Assembly (NCBI RefSeq): GCF_000143415.4
Contig: NW_003314473.1
Location: 1-46,685 of the forward strand
Direction of reading: 5' to 3'
Length of the DNA stretch: 46,685 nucleotides
Source of the DNA: Selaginella moellendorffii
Taxonomy: Eukaryota; Plantae; Lycopodiophyta
Numbering within the stretch: the first letter of the stretch is position 1; every line of letters begins with the position of its first letter. Below are positions 1-10,340 of this stretch, piece by piece. The notes under the pieces are model-generated. The model saw only the letters and a list, made by a program, of their open reading frames with translations, made no database searches and was not told the DNA's origin. The position numbers were made by a program, and so were the translations under genes.

Positions 1-1861
1 AAACCCTCCCTCTCCGGTGACCGCCCCCGATAGCGGGGGGACCGACGAAACGCGTGTCGGATCCGACCATGGCCGATGGGACGACAGCAGTCAACTATCC
101 CACATCCCCCACGATACCCTCCCTCCCGGCGATAGGGGGAGTGCCGCCAAATAGCCAAAACCCCCCTACCCCACCCACGCCAACAGAGTCAATGCCCCCC
201 GCAGCAAATACGAACTCTCCGGTGTTCCCCGTGCTGTTGGATGATACGATGGGCCAATCACCGGCATCATCCACATTAGCTGTAGCCGCCGCCGATTCTG
301 CCATGGGGCCGGCCATTCCGGCCACGACTCACCGCACTCGGGGGACCATGGCCGTCGAACATGCGACTGGGACGAAGGGATGATAGCTCGCCCCGAGCCC
401 GCCCCCCCTCCCTGTCCTTCCCTGTTTCCTTCCCTTTCCTCCCTCCAGCACGTCGGAGGGGCCGCGCCTTGTTTTACCCCCAGACGAGCCAAAGCACCCG
501 GTCGGCACCCCGCCCCGCATACCAGCAAGCAGGATTCGGCTTCGGGGTGGCACCGGCGGGTCGGGATGGGAGTGGCCTCTCCGGCCGCCGGGGGCTTGTG
601 CGGGGAAGACCGGGCGGCGGGCTTGCTGCGGGTGTGCTTTCTGGTCTCCGTCGCGCATGGGCTCGGACGCCCTTCCTTCGCCCAACACCCCGACCCGGGC
701 CCCACTCCCCGGGCACAGCCCACCCCTTCGGTCGGCAGGACAGGAGATGCACTCACCACCTCGATCCACCCCCGAGCCGTCACGGGCTGTGGACATGTGC
801 CTTCCGCTGCTGGCTGCTGGAAGAACACGCCGGCATCCACTCGAGTTGAGGGCGGCGCGGAGAGAGGAGGGGCTCCCGGCCATGCCGCAAGAAGGGGTGC
901 CGAAGAAGGTGGGCCTTCGGGCTTCTGGTTCGGGGTATACCAGGAAGAGGCTGGTTGGTGGGTATGGGGGAAGGGGGAGGGCGGGAGAAGGTGTCGGTCG
1001 ATGGTAGCGTCATCGTCGATTTGGGGTTTTTGGGACCGACCCACAAGCGGGGGGTCGGCTCGCTCCTTCCTCTCCCGGCCAACAAGCCCCGCCCATATCC
1101 TCTCCCGCACTGGTCTCGGCCGGATAGGGGGGGCCGCCCTCCCAGGGCCTTCCCGCCCATGTCTACCGCGCCGCGTAGACCCCCTTTTCTGGCCGATGCT
1201 GAGCCCGGCCTCGAACCCACCCCCGCCGGACACGGGTCCGTGTTCCGCCCCACCCTCTCCGGGGGGGAGAGCAAGCACTCCGGCTGATATGTCCCCCCCG
1301 ATCGGGGAAGGCCCACCCCGAAGAGGGCCACCCAGCAGGGGGAGGGGTGGCGGCCGTTGGTCATGTCGCCGTCGTGTGGCCCTCCTGCGCGGTTGGGTGT
1401 TCTATCCGCCCGCTTCCACTCTGTCCGGGTGCACCCCCTCAACCCGACCACTCCTCCCCGCACGCCAAACCCCTCCGCTCTCCCCATGCCACCCCAATCG
1501 ATCTCCCCGCTCCGGGGAGGATAGGCCGGGGGGATCGGGCCTACGCCGATCGTGCTCGAAGCAATCGTCGCGTAGAGTCTTCACCACGCGCTGCCTGGCC
1601 CGGGGAAAGAGAGCCGTATGACGTGCCCGATGTCACGCACGGCCCGCCCGGAGATCAGCCCAACCAGCCCGGACGGGTGGGCCATCATGCATGATGCTGG
1701 GGTCTGCTGGATCGTGCGGCCGGTGCGGGACGATTCGGCCTCTCCAAGCCCACCCGTCGACGAGGCCGATGGTCGTCCACCCCGACCGGCGGCCGACGAC
1801 CCAGCAGCCGCTGCTCCCCCTTCCCGCCCGTACCGGAGCGAGCGTAGCCCACCCACCCCAC
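1..1861 (+). other. 3' part of group II intron nad1i728g2 (5' part outside window); contains nad4L upstream of domain V
   Basis: Domain V GAGCCGTATGACGTGCCCGATGTCACGCACGGCCC at 1611-1645, long domain VI, 3' end ...CCACCCCAC at 1861 directly followed by the nad1 exon in phase 2 at the i728 position. Confidence 0.85.
81..383 (+). CDS. nad4L: NADH dehydrogenase subunit 4L (ACG start needs C-to-U editing; 100 aa)
   Basis: TESMPPAANTNSPVFPVLLDDTMGQSPA...AVAAADSAMGPAIPATTHRTRGTMAVEH...TKG* edits to IELMLLAVNMNFxVFSVLLDDMMGQLFA...AVAAADSAMGLAILVITYRIRGTMAVEY...MKG, the plant Nad4L pattern and length. Alternative in-frame ATG at 69. Confidence 0.95.
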   Translation, partial: TTAVNYPTSPTIPSLPAIGGVPPNSQNPPTPPTPTESMPPAANTNSPVFPVLLDDTMGQSPASSTLAVAAADSAMGPAIPATTHRTRGTMAVEHATGTKG

Positions 1862-2123
1862 CAGCCCACGCACATTGCCTCCATCAGGAGGTCGGCTGCC
1901 CGTCCATCCCCCTGGGTTGCGCCGACTCCCGCGAATCCCCCGCACCCGGTCCATTATGAAGGTCCCTCCGCCCTCGCCCGTACACACACGGGTCCGGGCC
2001 GCCTTTCCACGATACCGGCATGATCAATCAATGAGCCCGGGGCGGACGGTGTTCCCGCCTCCCCCACCAGCACGGGTAGTCCCTGTCCCCGGCGCACCAC
2101 CCGCCCTTGACCGGCTCGCCCAA
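1862..2123 (+). CDS. nad1: NADH dehydrogenase subunit 1, terminal exon (stop by CAA->UAA editing at 2121-2123)
   Basis: GGRLP...[32 protein letters not shown] edits to GGWLP...[32 protein letters not shown], the Nad1 C-terminal signature. Confidence 0.95.
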
Positions 2124-3550
2124 ACACCCCGACCGCCGATTCTCCCTCCAGCCCAAACACGCCCTCTGCTCTCGGCCCGGGTTTCTTCTTCCGTCGCGCG
2201 TGCACCCCCGTCCGCCGGACGACTCCCCAACCGGGTGGTCGGTGTGCCCGGGGTGGGTCGACCCCGACCGAAGCCCACCCTCTCCCGCGGCCGTCCCCCT
2301 GCCCCGTATCATGCCGGTGGTAGCGGTTTCCGTGCGTGATTGATCCACACCCCCGAAACGACCGCGGTGGTCTCGATCCGGCTTTGGGGGTTTGGGGGGA
2401 TGGCTGCCGGTCGATCGAGGAAAAACCAAGGAACGACGGACGATGTGCCGAGGGGGTCGGCCGAGATCCTCTGTGTGCAGGTTCTTCGAGAAGAATGCCC
2501 GTCCGTGGTCGACCCGACGGACGGGGAGATCATCGATCATCGCCCCCGGTCAGCGGCTGGCTATCCCGCTGACCGGTGGTTTCGCTGTCACTGCCGTCAG
2601 GGCATACCTCCGTCCCGAGTCGGAGTATACCACCCCGCGACTCTCTCTCCTCTCCCCATGCTACCGAGCGACGAGCTGCTGGGCCCGATGATCCGCTATC
2701 AGCCCAACGCCGGCCGCGGGCCGCCCACCCTCCTCGCCGACTCACGCCCCGCACATAACGCCCGGATCGAATCGGCATCATGACCATCGTCGGCTTTCGG
2801 TCGGGGCGCACCCTCACAACGGCGGAGGGCAAAGCAGCGACGGGCGGCTGCTCCTTCTTCTTCCTCCTGGGCGCACGGCGGGTCGGGGCTGGTCGTCGCT
2901 CCCTGGCGCGGGCGGTTGGAACCCACCCGGGGACACACCGTCTCTCTGGCATGACTGGTGCGGGTATGGGTGGGGCTGCTTGTTGGGGCCAGCCCAGCGC
3001 CTCTGCTCTCCACCCGGCCCAAACCCCCCGTCCCAGCATCGGGGAGGTTCATCGGTTGGGAGTCGATGCTGGAAGAAAGGCTGGGGCCGCCTTGGAACAC
3101 ACCAACCTTTTCCTCCGACGATTGATTGGGTGGTTTGGCTGCTCGTCGGCCAACGGGGATGGGGTGGAAGGCGCCGACGACCATGAACCCCGCCCCGGTC
3201 CGGCTCCCCCGGCCATGCCGCGGCGTATCGCCGTACCGAGATCATCGATGTCCCCGAACGAAGAGAGAGAAAACCCGTCCGGGGTGTCGGGGCGGTGGGG
3301 TTGTTGGTTCGATCCCCGGCCTAGCACCATAATCGAGGTGGTCGGAGGGCCGGGGCGGCCTGGACAGGGTGGGGGAAAGCGGGTGCTCAAACGGCGAACG
3401 AAACGGGTTTTAGGAGGGGCTCACGGCATCGGGCACACTGTCGTCCCACCGCCCGGCACACGTTCGGTGACGACCACTCGCTCCCCCCATGCCCGCGGGT
3501 GGGTTCTCCTCCCCTCCCCCTACCTGCAGCGGGTCTCGGCGCACGAGGAA

Positions 3551-3657
3551 GGAAAGGAAAGGAAAGGAAAGGAAAGGAAAGGAAAGGAAAGGAAAGGAAA
3601 GGAAAGGAAAGGAAAGGAAAGGAGAGGGCCGCCGCCGCCGCCGCCGCCGCCGCCGCC
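3551..3657. repeat. compound microsatellite (GGAAA)14 followed by (GCC)n
   Basis: Directly visible. Confidence 0.95.
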
Positions 3658-4061
3658 CCCCCTTTTCCTTGTTCGGGCACACCGGAGGGAGGAAAGAAAA
3701 CCGTCGACGTGGGCGGGGCCTGCTCTGTGTCCCGTCGTGGGCCGGGGCAGGAGGAGAGAGCAGCGTCCGACCGGTCTCCCGTAGTCACATGCATGGCCGG
3801 ATCACGTGCGCCCACGGCATGCGGGATCTGGGTCCGGCCAGGAGGGGATGGAGGAGCAGCAGCAGCAGCAGCGGGTGTCTTCTCCGATGATCCAAAACCA
3901 GCCCAGCAGTGAAGGCCCACGACGCGCCGCTGTGGCGGGCTCCACAGCAGGCAGACGGAGAGGGTGTCGATGTGCATGTGTAAATCAATCCATCATCCGC
4001 GCACCCGCCGCAGCCTCTGGAGATATCTCCGGTCGGGGGTGGTCTGCTGGGGTGGGCACCG

Positions 4062-4064
<3 letters not shown>

Positions 4065-4096
<32 letters not shown>
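4065..4096. repeat. (CT)n microsatellite
   Basis: Directly visible. Confidence 0.9.
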
Positions 4097-4100
<4 letters not shown>

Positions 4101-4387
4101 CGCTTTTGGGTGGTGTGTGCACCGGCGGGAAGAGCAGCAAGCTGGTGCGCTTGTTGGGCTGCTCGCTTTGCCCCGGTCGGGAAGCGCTTCTTCCTTCTTC
4201 CACACCGGGCGTCGTTTCGGCGGGTTCGGGGTGTATTATGCGGTGGTCGTCGTCGGGTGGGGATAGGGGTTTGGGGTGATGACCGACCACCCACCCAACC
4301 CCGGGCCAGGTGCCCCCGAGAACCAGCCTCAGGGAGAGAGAGGGCGGGGCCAGTGCACGGAGAGACCAACCACCGGGAGGCCGGTGA

Positions 4388-4388
<1 letters not shown>

Positions 4389-4418
<30 letters not shown>
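4389..4418. repeat. (GCT)10 microsatellite
   Basis: Directly visible. Confidence 0.9.
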
Positions 4419-4420
<2 letters not shown>

Positions 4421-7220
4421 TCACACCCGTGTGCACCACTGCTTTCGGGGGCCTCTCGCCGACCGAACCGCTCTCGGCTTTCTTCCCACCCCGACGCCCC
4501 TTTGTTGGGTGGTTTTGGTTGGGGCGTCAGCCCGCTGGCTGAACCGGTAGTAGGTTTGGTGGGAGGTGCACGACTGCTCTCCCCCGCCCCAACGCCCGAG
4601 CGGTGGTGTGCGGCACACTGTGCCCGAGTATGCGCCAGCCAGCAGGCTCGACCCGATATCGGGTTTGTTGAATCCGCTGAGGGCGACTCGCGCCCGCCGG
4701 TCGTGTCCGGGGGGTTTGCGGTCGATGGGGCGGTTTGGCCCCCCGAAGAGGCCCCATTCTTCCTTCTTCACCCACCCCAACCCCCGGACCCGGTTTCCGG
4801 GGGTTGACGGATAGGCCGAGCGAGAGAAACCCCGCCTGCCTCGAATCACTCTCCCCACCCGTCGTGCTCCGCCCCGGCGCCGGTCGACTGATGACTACTC
4901 GACGATCGCCGTTCCCGCCCCCCCTCTCTGGGCGTCTTTTGGTGGTTGGTCTCGCCTCCCCTATACCCACCACCATGAATCCCCTTTGACCTCCGCCCTG
5001 CTGGCTCTGTCCTGGACAGGGGCAGCAGCAGCAGCATCGACGAACGGGGGACATGCACACCGATCGGCCTTCGTTCGGCCCTTCCTCCGTCGTTTCGCCG
5101 TCCTCTCTCATGCTCCCTCCCTTTTCGGGCGGTGTGCACCCCGGCCGCCCACACTGCCCCGTCTCTCCCCGCCGGGAACAGCAGCCCACACCGCCCCCCG
5201 GCGGGGACGTCTCTCGTCCACTCGCCGGATCCGGCGGGCACTGGTCTGTTGGCATCCCCCAGAAAACCCAATACCCAACCCAAGCTACCGGCGGCCACCA
5301 CACCCCCACCCCCGATGATTGATCCTCGGTGTGTTCCGTCACGTCTCTTCGGCCTCTAAATCCCCCAACAACAAAACACAGACCACCGGTTTTCGGCGGG
5401 ACACACCCGGTCGGTCGTCCACCCCGACACGAACGACACCACCCTCAACCTCCCCGATCCCCGCTTCTCGTCGACCCGTTTCTTTCCCCATTATTCCCCC
5501 GGGGCGGGCAGTGCTCGCTCCGGCCGCCCCAACATCGCCGGCCGCTCGAAGAAGGCCGTCCGCCGCTCTCCGGCCGCCCCCCAACCGACGACCGGGCCGC
5601 CGCCATTTACACCCGCTGCTGCTGCGCCCCGGTACACCGGCCGCCGGGATGATATGGGCCGGGAAAAAGCGGGGGTTCGGCACCAACCGACAAGGGCCAG
5701 CACAGCCGCCCGGAGCGACCCCGGCGGTGCGTGTGCGGCGGGCCTCTCCCACCGACTGACTGGCGGGGGAGCGGTGGGAAGGGCGATCGGGTGTTCCTTC
5801 CGCCCGCGGGGTGAGGACCAACGAGAATGGGGGCGACGACGAGGAGCATATGGCCGGGGAGATAGGGGGGAGGCATCATCGGTCGGTCGGGGGTCTCTCG
5901 ACGGCCTCCCCACCTGCGGGATGCCGTGTTTTGGGTACACACGCGATCGGGGGGGTGGGATACCCCACCCCCGACAGTGGGCCGGCCCGGGCCCACTGCT
6001 GGGGCCGGGGAGAGCAGAGGGCCGGCGGCTTGCTTTCGGGGTGGAGCCGGCAAAGCACCGGCGGAGCTCCAGCACATAACACCGACCTTGTGGGGGTCGT
6101 CACAGATGATGGCCCGCACACTGTGCACCGCGTTCGGCGGGTGGAACGGAGGCCCGTCGTGGACACTGTCCCAGGACCCTGCTGGGTCGAGACAGGGGGA
6201 GGGGGCAGGGGGGAAAAAAGCCGTTTGGGCGGGGACTGCTTGTTGCTGGGTTTTTCCGCTGCTTCCCACACCGGGCCGGGTAGGTATACGCAGCAGAGAC
6301 AGGCTCGCTCGGCCGGGGTTCGCTTGTTGCCGCTTCTTCCCCAACCCCGCTGTTGCTGGCTCCAGACGGCTAGAGCGATCCCCCCCTTTGTTGCCGCCCA
6401 TCACCCGCCGCTTTCCCCCCCTTTTTTCCACCCCCTGTCGCTCTGCTGGGCCTCCCCGCTGTCGTCACCATCACCAAAACAACCCTCCCGCCGACCAATC
6501 GAACAGATATCGATGTTGTCGTCGGCCGGTGCGGGGTAGGAGGCAATAAGTGGCCCAACCCGGGAAAAACAACCCAAAACCGGACGACGGACACCCCGGT
6601 CGGCGGCCCCCCCATCCCCACCCGCACGCAGTGTGATTGACCCCGCCGCGTGCGTCGGCTCGGGACTGCTGATGACTACTGGTCCGACCGCGGAGAGGCA
6701 CGAGAGCGGTAGGGAATACTACGGGGAAAGCGATGCTCTCCCCCACTCGGGGTGCACGAGCGGAGGAAGAAAAAAGCGGAGAGAGCCGCCCACTCGCGGG
6801 TCTACTCGTCACACGGTCGGGTTTGGTGTTCGACGGTGCACCCAATTATTGGTTGGCCGTGTGGTCTCTTCGTTCTGGCCCGGCGGCCGCTATGGGGGCC
6901 GGCCCGCCGGGTGAACCCGCACCGGGGAGAGGTCATCAGCAGACACGGTGCCGTTTACGACCGTCACGGGGGTGGACGCACGACGGGCAGAGAGAGGCAG
7001 CTCTGGGCGCGGCGGTCGGGTCGCCTTTCCGATGGTGCAGAGCAGCGCGCCGGTTGGGTTGGGTGGTCCGCCGCTCTGGGAGAGAGACAGGGGGCTTTTT
7101 GGTTGGCTGGTAGTGGGTGTGTTTGCCCGGTCGGGGGAGGCGGGCCGCAGAAAGGGGTGGTGCATACCATCTCCATCCCCGCCCACGAAACCACAGAAGA
7201 CACACCCGACCGGACAACAG

Positions 7221-9893
7221 ATGACATACTCCTTTCTGCTCCTGATTCGAACACCCGGAATGCTCATACCACCACCAGGAATCGGGGCTTCTTCTGAGGG
7301 TCGGCCCGACCCGACCCGCGCACCGCGTAGACCCCGAAGCCGCGGCTACCCCGCCCGAGAGCACACCCCATTCCGTAGTATGGCCGTGGTCGAGGAGCGG
7401 GGGGTGGGTGGAGGCCGCCCATCCGCATACTCTTCCCGGGCCGCGCCTTGTCCTCCCCTTCACCCTTCCTGTGGTGCGCGGGTCGGGTCGAGACCCCTCA
7501 CGGTGAGCAAGGCGGGTGGGTCCATGGTCGAGGAGGCGATGGAGACCGCGGCCGACCCCATTGAGGGTTTCTCTCGGACCAAGGAACCTCCCATGCATGC
7601 ATCGGGGCGTCGCCCCGTTCGATGCCCTTACTCCGGCCCGAGATCGATCATCGGCGGATGGAGTGGAACATACCGGTCCGCCCATGGGGCCACTGGGAGG
7701 TTGGGCGCATACGACCCCGAAGACACACCCGCGGATGCGGCTCCAGAGGCCACGATCCCCAAACCCCCTTATTTGCACCACGACCCCCAACCCCTGGCCC
7801 TGATTCGCCGCTCCCGCAGATCCCAAGCCATGATGCCCTTCGCCCGGGAATCCCCCTCCCCTGGAGCGGGTCCGGGAACGGGTTCACCACTCCTCGTACG
7901 CCAGACGCTTACACACGCCCCGGAATGGGCTATCGGTGGCCGGATGAATGACCCCCGGCAGGGGGGTGTGAGCAGCAAGCCCAGAGATATCCCGCAGCAC
8001 CCACGTGGACACCCCGAGCGGATGCTCCTCCGTCGGGCTACTTTCCCCAATGGGGAGGGAGGAGCACGGACGGGGGGGCGGGAGTGCCGGCGGGGTTACC
8101 CAATGGGGCGGCTATCGGCGGGGCTGGTTTCGGAGCGGGGGGTGGACAAGCCGCCCTCCGCGACAGGGTATTCTGCCTATGCCCATGCTTTCCAGGCCGC
8201 CCCCCCTGGGATCGGTCCATCGTCGTGGCACGATCGGCGGGCCTGGCACACGAGGAGCCCTCCTCGGCCCCGAGCAGCGGACGGGGGGGCGGCTTCGATG
8301 GCCCGTGTCGGCCTCATCAGCTCGGGTTTGGGTCCAACACGGCGGATGGGCTTTCCTTCTGCCGCCAGCCCCTTGGCCGGGGGACGACGCGATGGCTGCT
8401 CGATCCCCATCATGCACGGCCACGATGACCCGTACGAATGGGGTCTCGTGCACGTGCCGCGAATCCCGGGTTGTCATGCCCGAAACGCCGACGAATCACC
8501 CCCCTCCCTCCCCGCGTCCTTGGGGGAAGCAGCCGGAGGAACACACGAATGGATGGCCCCGATCCGAGACAATCTGCCGCACTCCCCACGATCAGACCCG
8601 AACCCATCGGTCGGAGCCTTGGCTTCGATCACGGGGTTGGATGCCGGGCGGACGGTCGCACCAGGGGGGACAGCCACGCGCGGAGTAGCCAGTCATCGAC
8701 CGTCGCGTAACCCAGAGAGGAGTCGATCGGCCCACCGCCGGGTCGTCCATCTTTCCCCCCCGACTCCCGCCGGGCGGGCTCCCCGTCGATATGCTCTGTT
8801 TCCGCTCCGTGCTGCAGATGCCGGTGAGCCTGGCTCGACATGTATGCTCTTCGGCCCTCGGCTCCCCGTACCCCCAGGCCGCCGCCCTCCTTTTCCCCGA
8901 CCCTCCTCACAAGCGCTCCTCCCTCCCGCTCGCCCGGTCGGCGGCCCCACCATCCCCAGTGCCGGCGGGGAGTGGAAGGGGGGCGGCCCACCCGGATGCT
9001 CCTCGATCCCGCTCCTCGACCCCCATAGAAACCACGATCAATCGATCTCCATCCATGCCGGACCAAAACCCTCCCGGTCCAACAAAACCCACTCCGACGA
9101 GATGCAAGCCGCCCCCCCTCGATTGGGTTCGAACCACCCGCCGGGAAGACGAACACCCGGGCTGATGCTCCCAGCGTTCGATCCCGAGGCTGCCCAGCTG
9201 CATGCGGGGTGGAAGGCGCCTGGGCCAGGTGTACCGGCGGGGTGGTGTGGAGGTGGGTTCGGGTCATCGGTCCGCTATTGGGCACGTCAGTCGGCCCCGA
9301 CCGGTCACTCGGTTGGGCGGAGGGGAAGGAGGCGGATCCAGCGAGCGATACGGCTCGCGCTCGCCCCGACGGATAATATTCCCCACCGGCCGAGCGGGCG
9401 GGGGCTTCTGGTGCGGCGAGTGCGCTCGGATCGATATGTCGGGGTTTTGGGGGGATGGACCGGGGAGAGCAATAGGCCTATGCCCGGGTGCGCTCGTGCC
9501 GCCCATCCATTGCCCCCCAATCCCCGGCCAACCCCTGCCGGCCGTTCGACCAATCCTGTCGACGCATGCATGGTCAGTCGGTTCACCGGGGCGGGGACAG
9601 GTGCGACCGGCCACCATGGCTCGCGCGACAATCTCCCCCAAGTCCGACGAATGGTGGATCATCATACCCGGCGGCCGGGGTCGGCCTCCCCGGCGAGGAA
9701 GCACCGCCCATGCCCGCCGTCCGCCCACCATCCCACCCCGAGCCATCCCAGTGCTGCCCGTGCGGGGGATGATCGAGACCGACAGGCGGGCGGCCCCCCT
9801 CCGCTGCTCGCCGCCCTGCGCCCGGGCACGAAAGAGCTGTTTCCGACCAGCACCGAACCCCGTGAACCCATCGTCGATCCATGGCCCCTCTAA
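7221..9893 (+). CDS. matR: group II intron maturase (matR-like; degenerate RT domain plus domain X), 890 aa, apparently free-standing
   Basis: Collinear motifs in one open frame: RPLTVSKAGGSMVEEAM (7491; RT2-like); HARNADE (8475; edits to YV/ARNADE, cf. YxDD); TVAPGGTATRGV...RNPERSRSAHRR (cf. MatR TVEFLGTVIREV...RELEKRLRVKHR); domain X APTDNIPHRPSGRGLL...PRPTPAGRSTN...GHHGSRDNLPQVRRMVDHHTRRP...PARKH...LFPTSTEP (cf. APIKKILRRLRDRGII...YYRCRDNLYQVRTIVDHQIRWS...LAHKH...FPNSIEL). The maturase call is firm; matR orthology is inferred. Confidence 0.8.
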   Translation: MTYSFLLLIRTPGMLIPPPGIGASSEGRPDPTRAPRRPRSRGYPAREHTPFRSMAVVEERGVGGGRPSAYSSRAAPCPPLHPSCGARVGSRPLTVSKAGGSMVEEAMETAADPIEGFSRTKEPPMHASGRRPVRCPYSGPRSIIGGWSGTYRSAHGATGRLGAYDPEDTPADAAPEATIPKPPYLHHDPQPLALIRRSRRSQAMMPFARESPSPGAGPGTGSPLLVRQTLTHAPEWAIGGRMNDPRQGGVSSKPRDIPQHPRGHPERMLLRRATFPNGEGGARTGGRECRRGYPMGRLSAGLVSERGVDKPPSATGYSAYAHAFQAAPPGIGPSSWHDRRAWHTRSPPRPRAADGGAASMARVGLISSGLGPTRRMGFPSAASPLAGGRRDGCSIPIMHGHDDPYEWGLVHVPRIPGCHARNADESPPSLPASLGEAAGGTHEWMAPIRDNLPHSPRSDPNPSVGALASITGLDAGRTVAPGGTATRGVASHRPSRNPERSRSAHRRVVHLSPPTPAGRAPRRYALFPLRAADAGEPGSTCMLFGPRLPVPPGRRPPFPRPSSQALLPPARPVGGPTIPSAGGEWKGGGPPGCSSIPLLDPHRNHDQSISIHAGPKPSRSNKTHSDEMQAAPPRLGSNHPPGRRTPGLMLPAFDPEAAQLHAGWKAPGPGVPAGWCGGGFGSSVRYWARQSAPTGHSVGRRGRRRIQRAIRLALAPTDNIPHRPSGRGLLVRRVRSDRYVGVLGGWTGESNRPMPGCARAAHPLPPNPRPTPAGRSTNPVDACMVSRFTGAGTGATGHHGSRDNLPQVRRMVDHHTRRPGSASPARKHRPCPPSAHHPTPSHPSAARAGDDRDRQAGGPPPLLAALRPGTKELFPTSTEPREPIVDPWPL

Positions 9894-10210
9894 CAACGAG
9901 GAAGGCCACGCACAGAGGGGCGACCCGTCGTACTACGCATATGCCCCCGCCGCATCGACCACGAATCCCGCCGCATGGGCCGCCGCATGGTCGTCCCCGC
10001 CTCTGGCCGCGTGCCCCGCCTCGGAGTCTATTGCCCAAAGCCGAGCGAGGATGCCCGGCCCTCCCCACCATTCGGTCGGGGGGGGGGATCCGCCCCAACC
10101 AGCTTCTTCTTCCGTCGTCCGGGAGCAGCAGCAGCAGATAGCCGCCCCGACAGAGCGACAGGCCCCCACCCACTGGGAGCTGCTGGAGAGGGTGTGCGCC
10201 GGCCCGGAAA

Positions 10211-10340
10211 GGAGGAGGAGGAGGAGGAGGAGGAGGAGGCGGCGGGGGATGGGCTGCTCAGTCTCGTGTGGCGTGCAGAGCTGGGAGTGCGCCGGGCGGG
10301 TCGGGTCGGGTCGGGTCGGGTCGGGTCGGGTCGGGTCGGG
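10211..10340. repeat. (GGA)n and (GGTCG)n microsatellites
   Basis: Directly visible. Confidence 0.9.
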
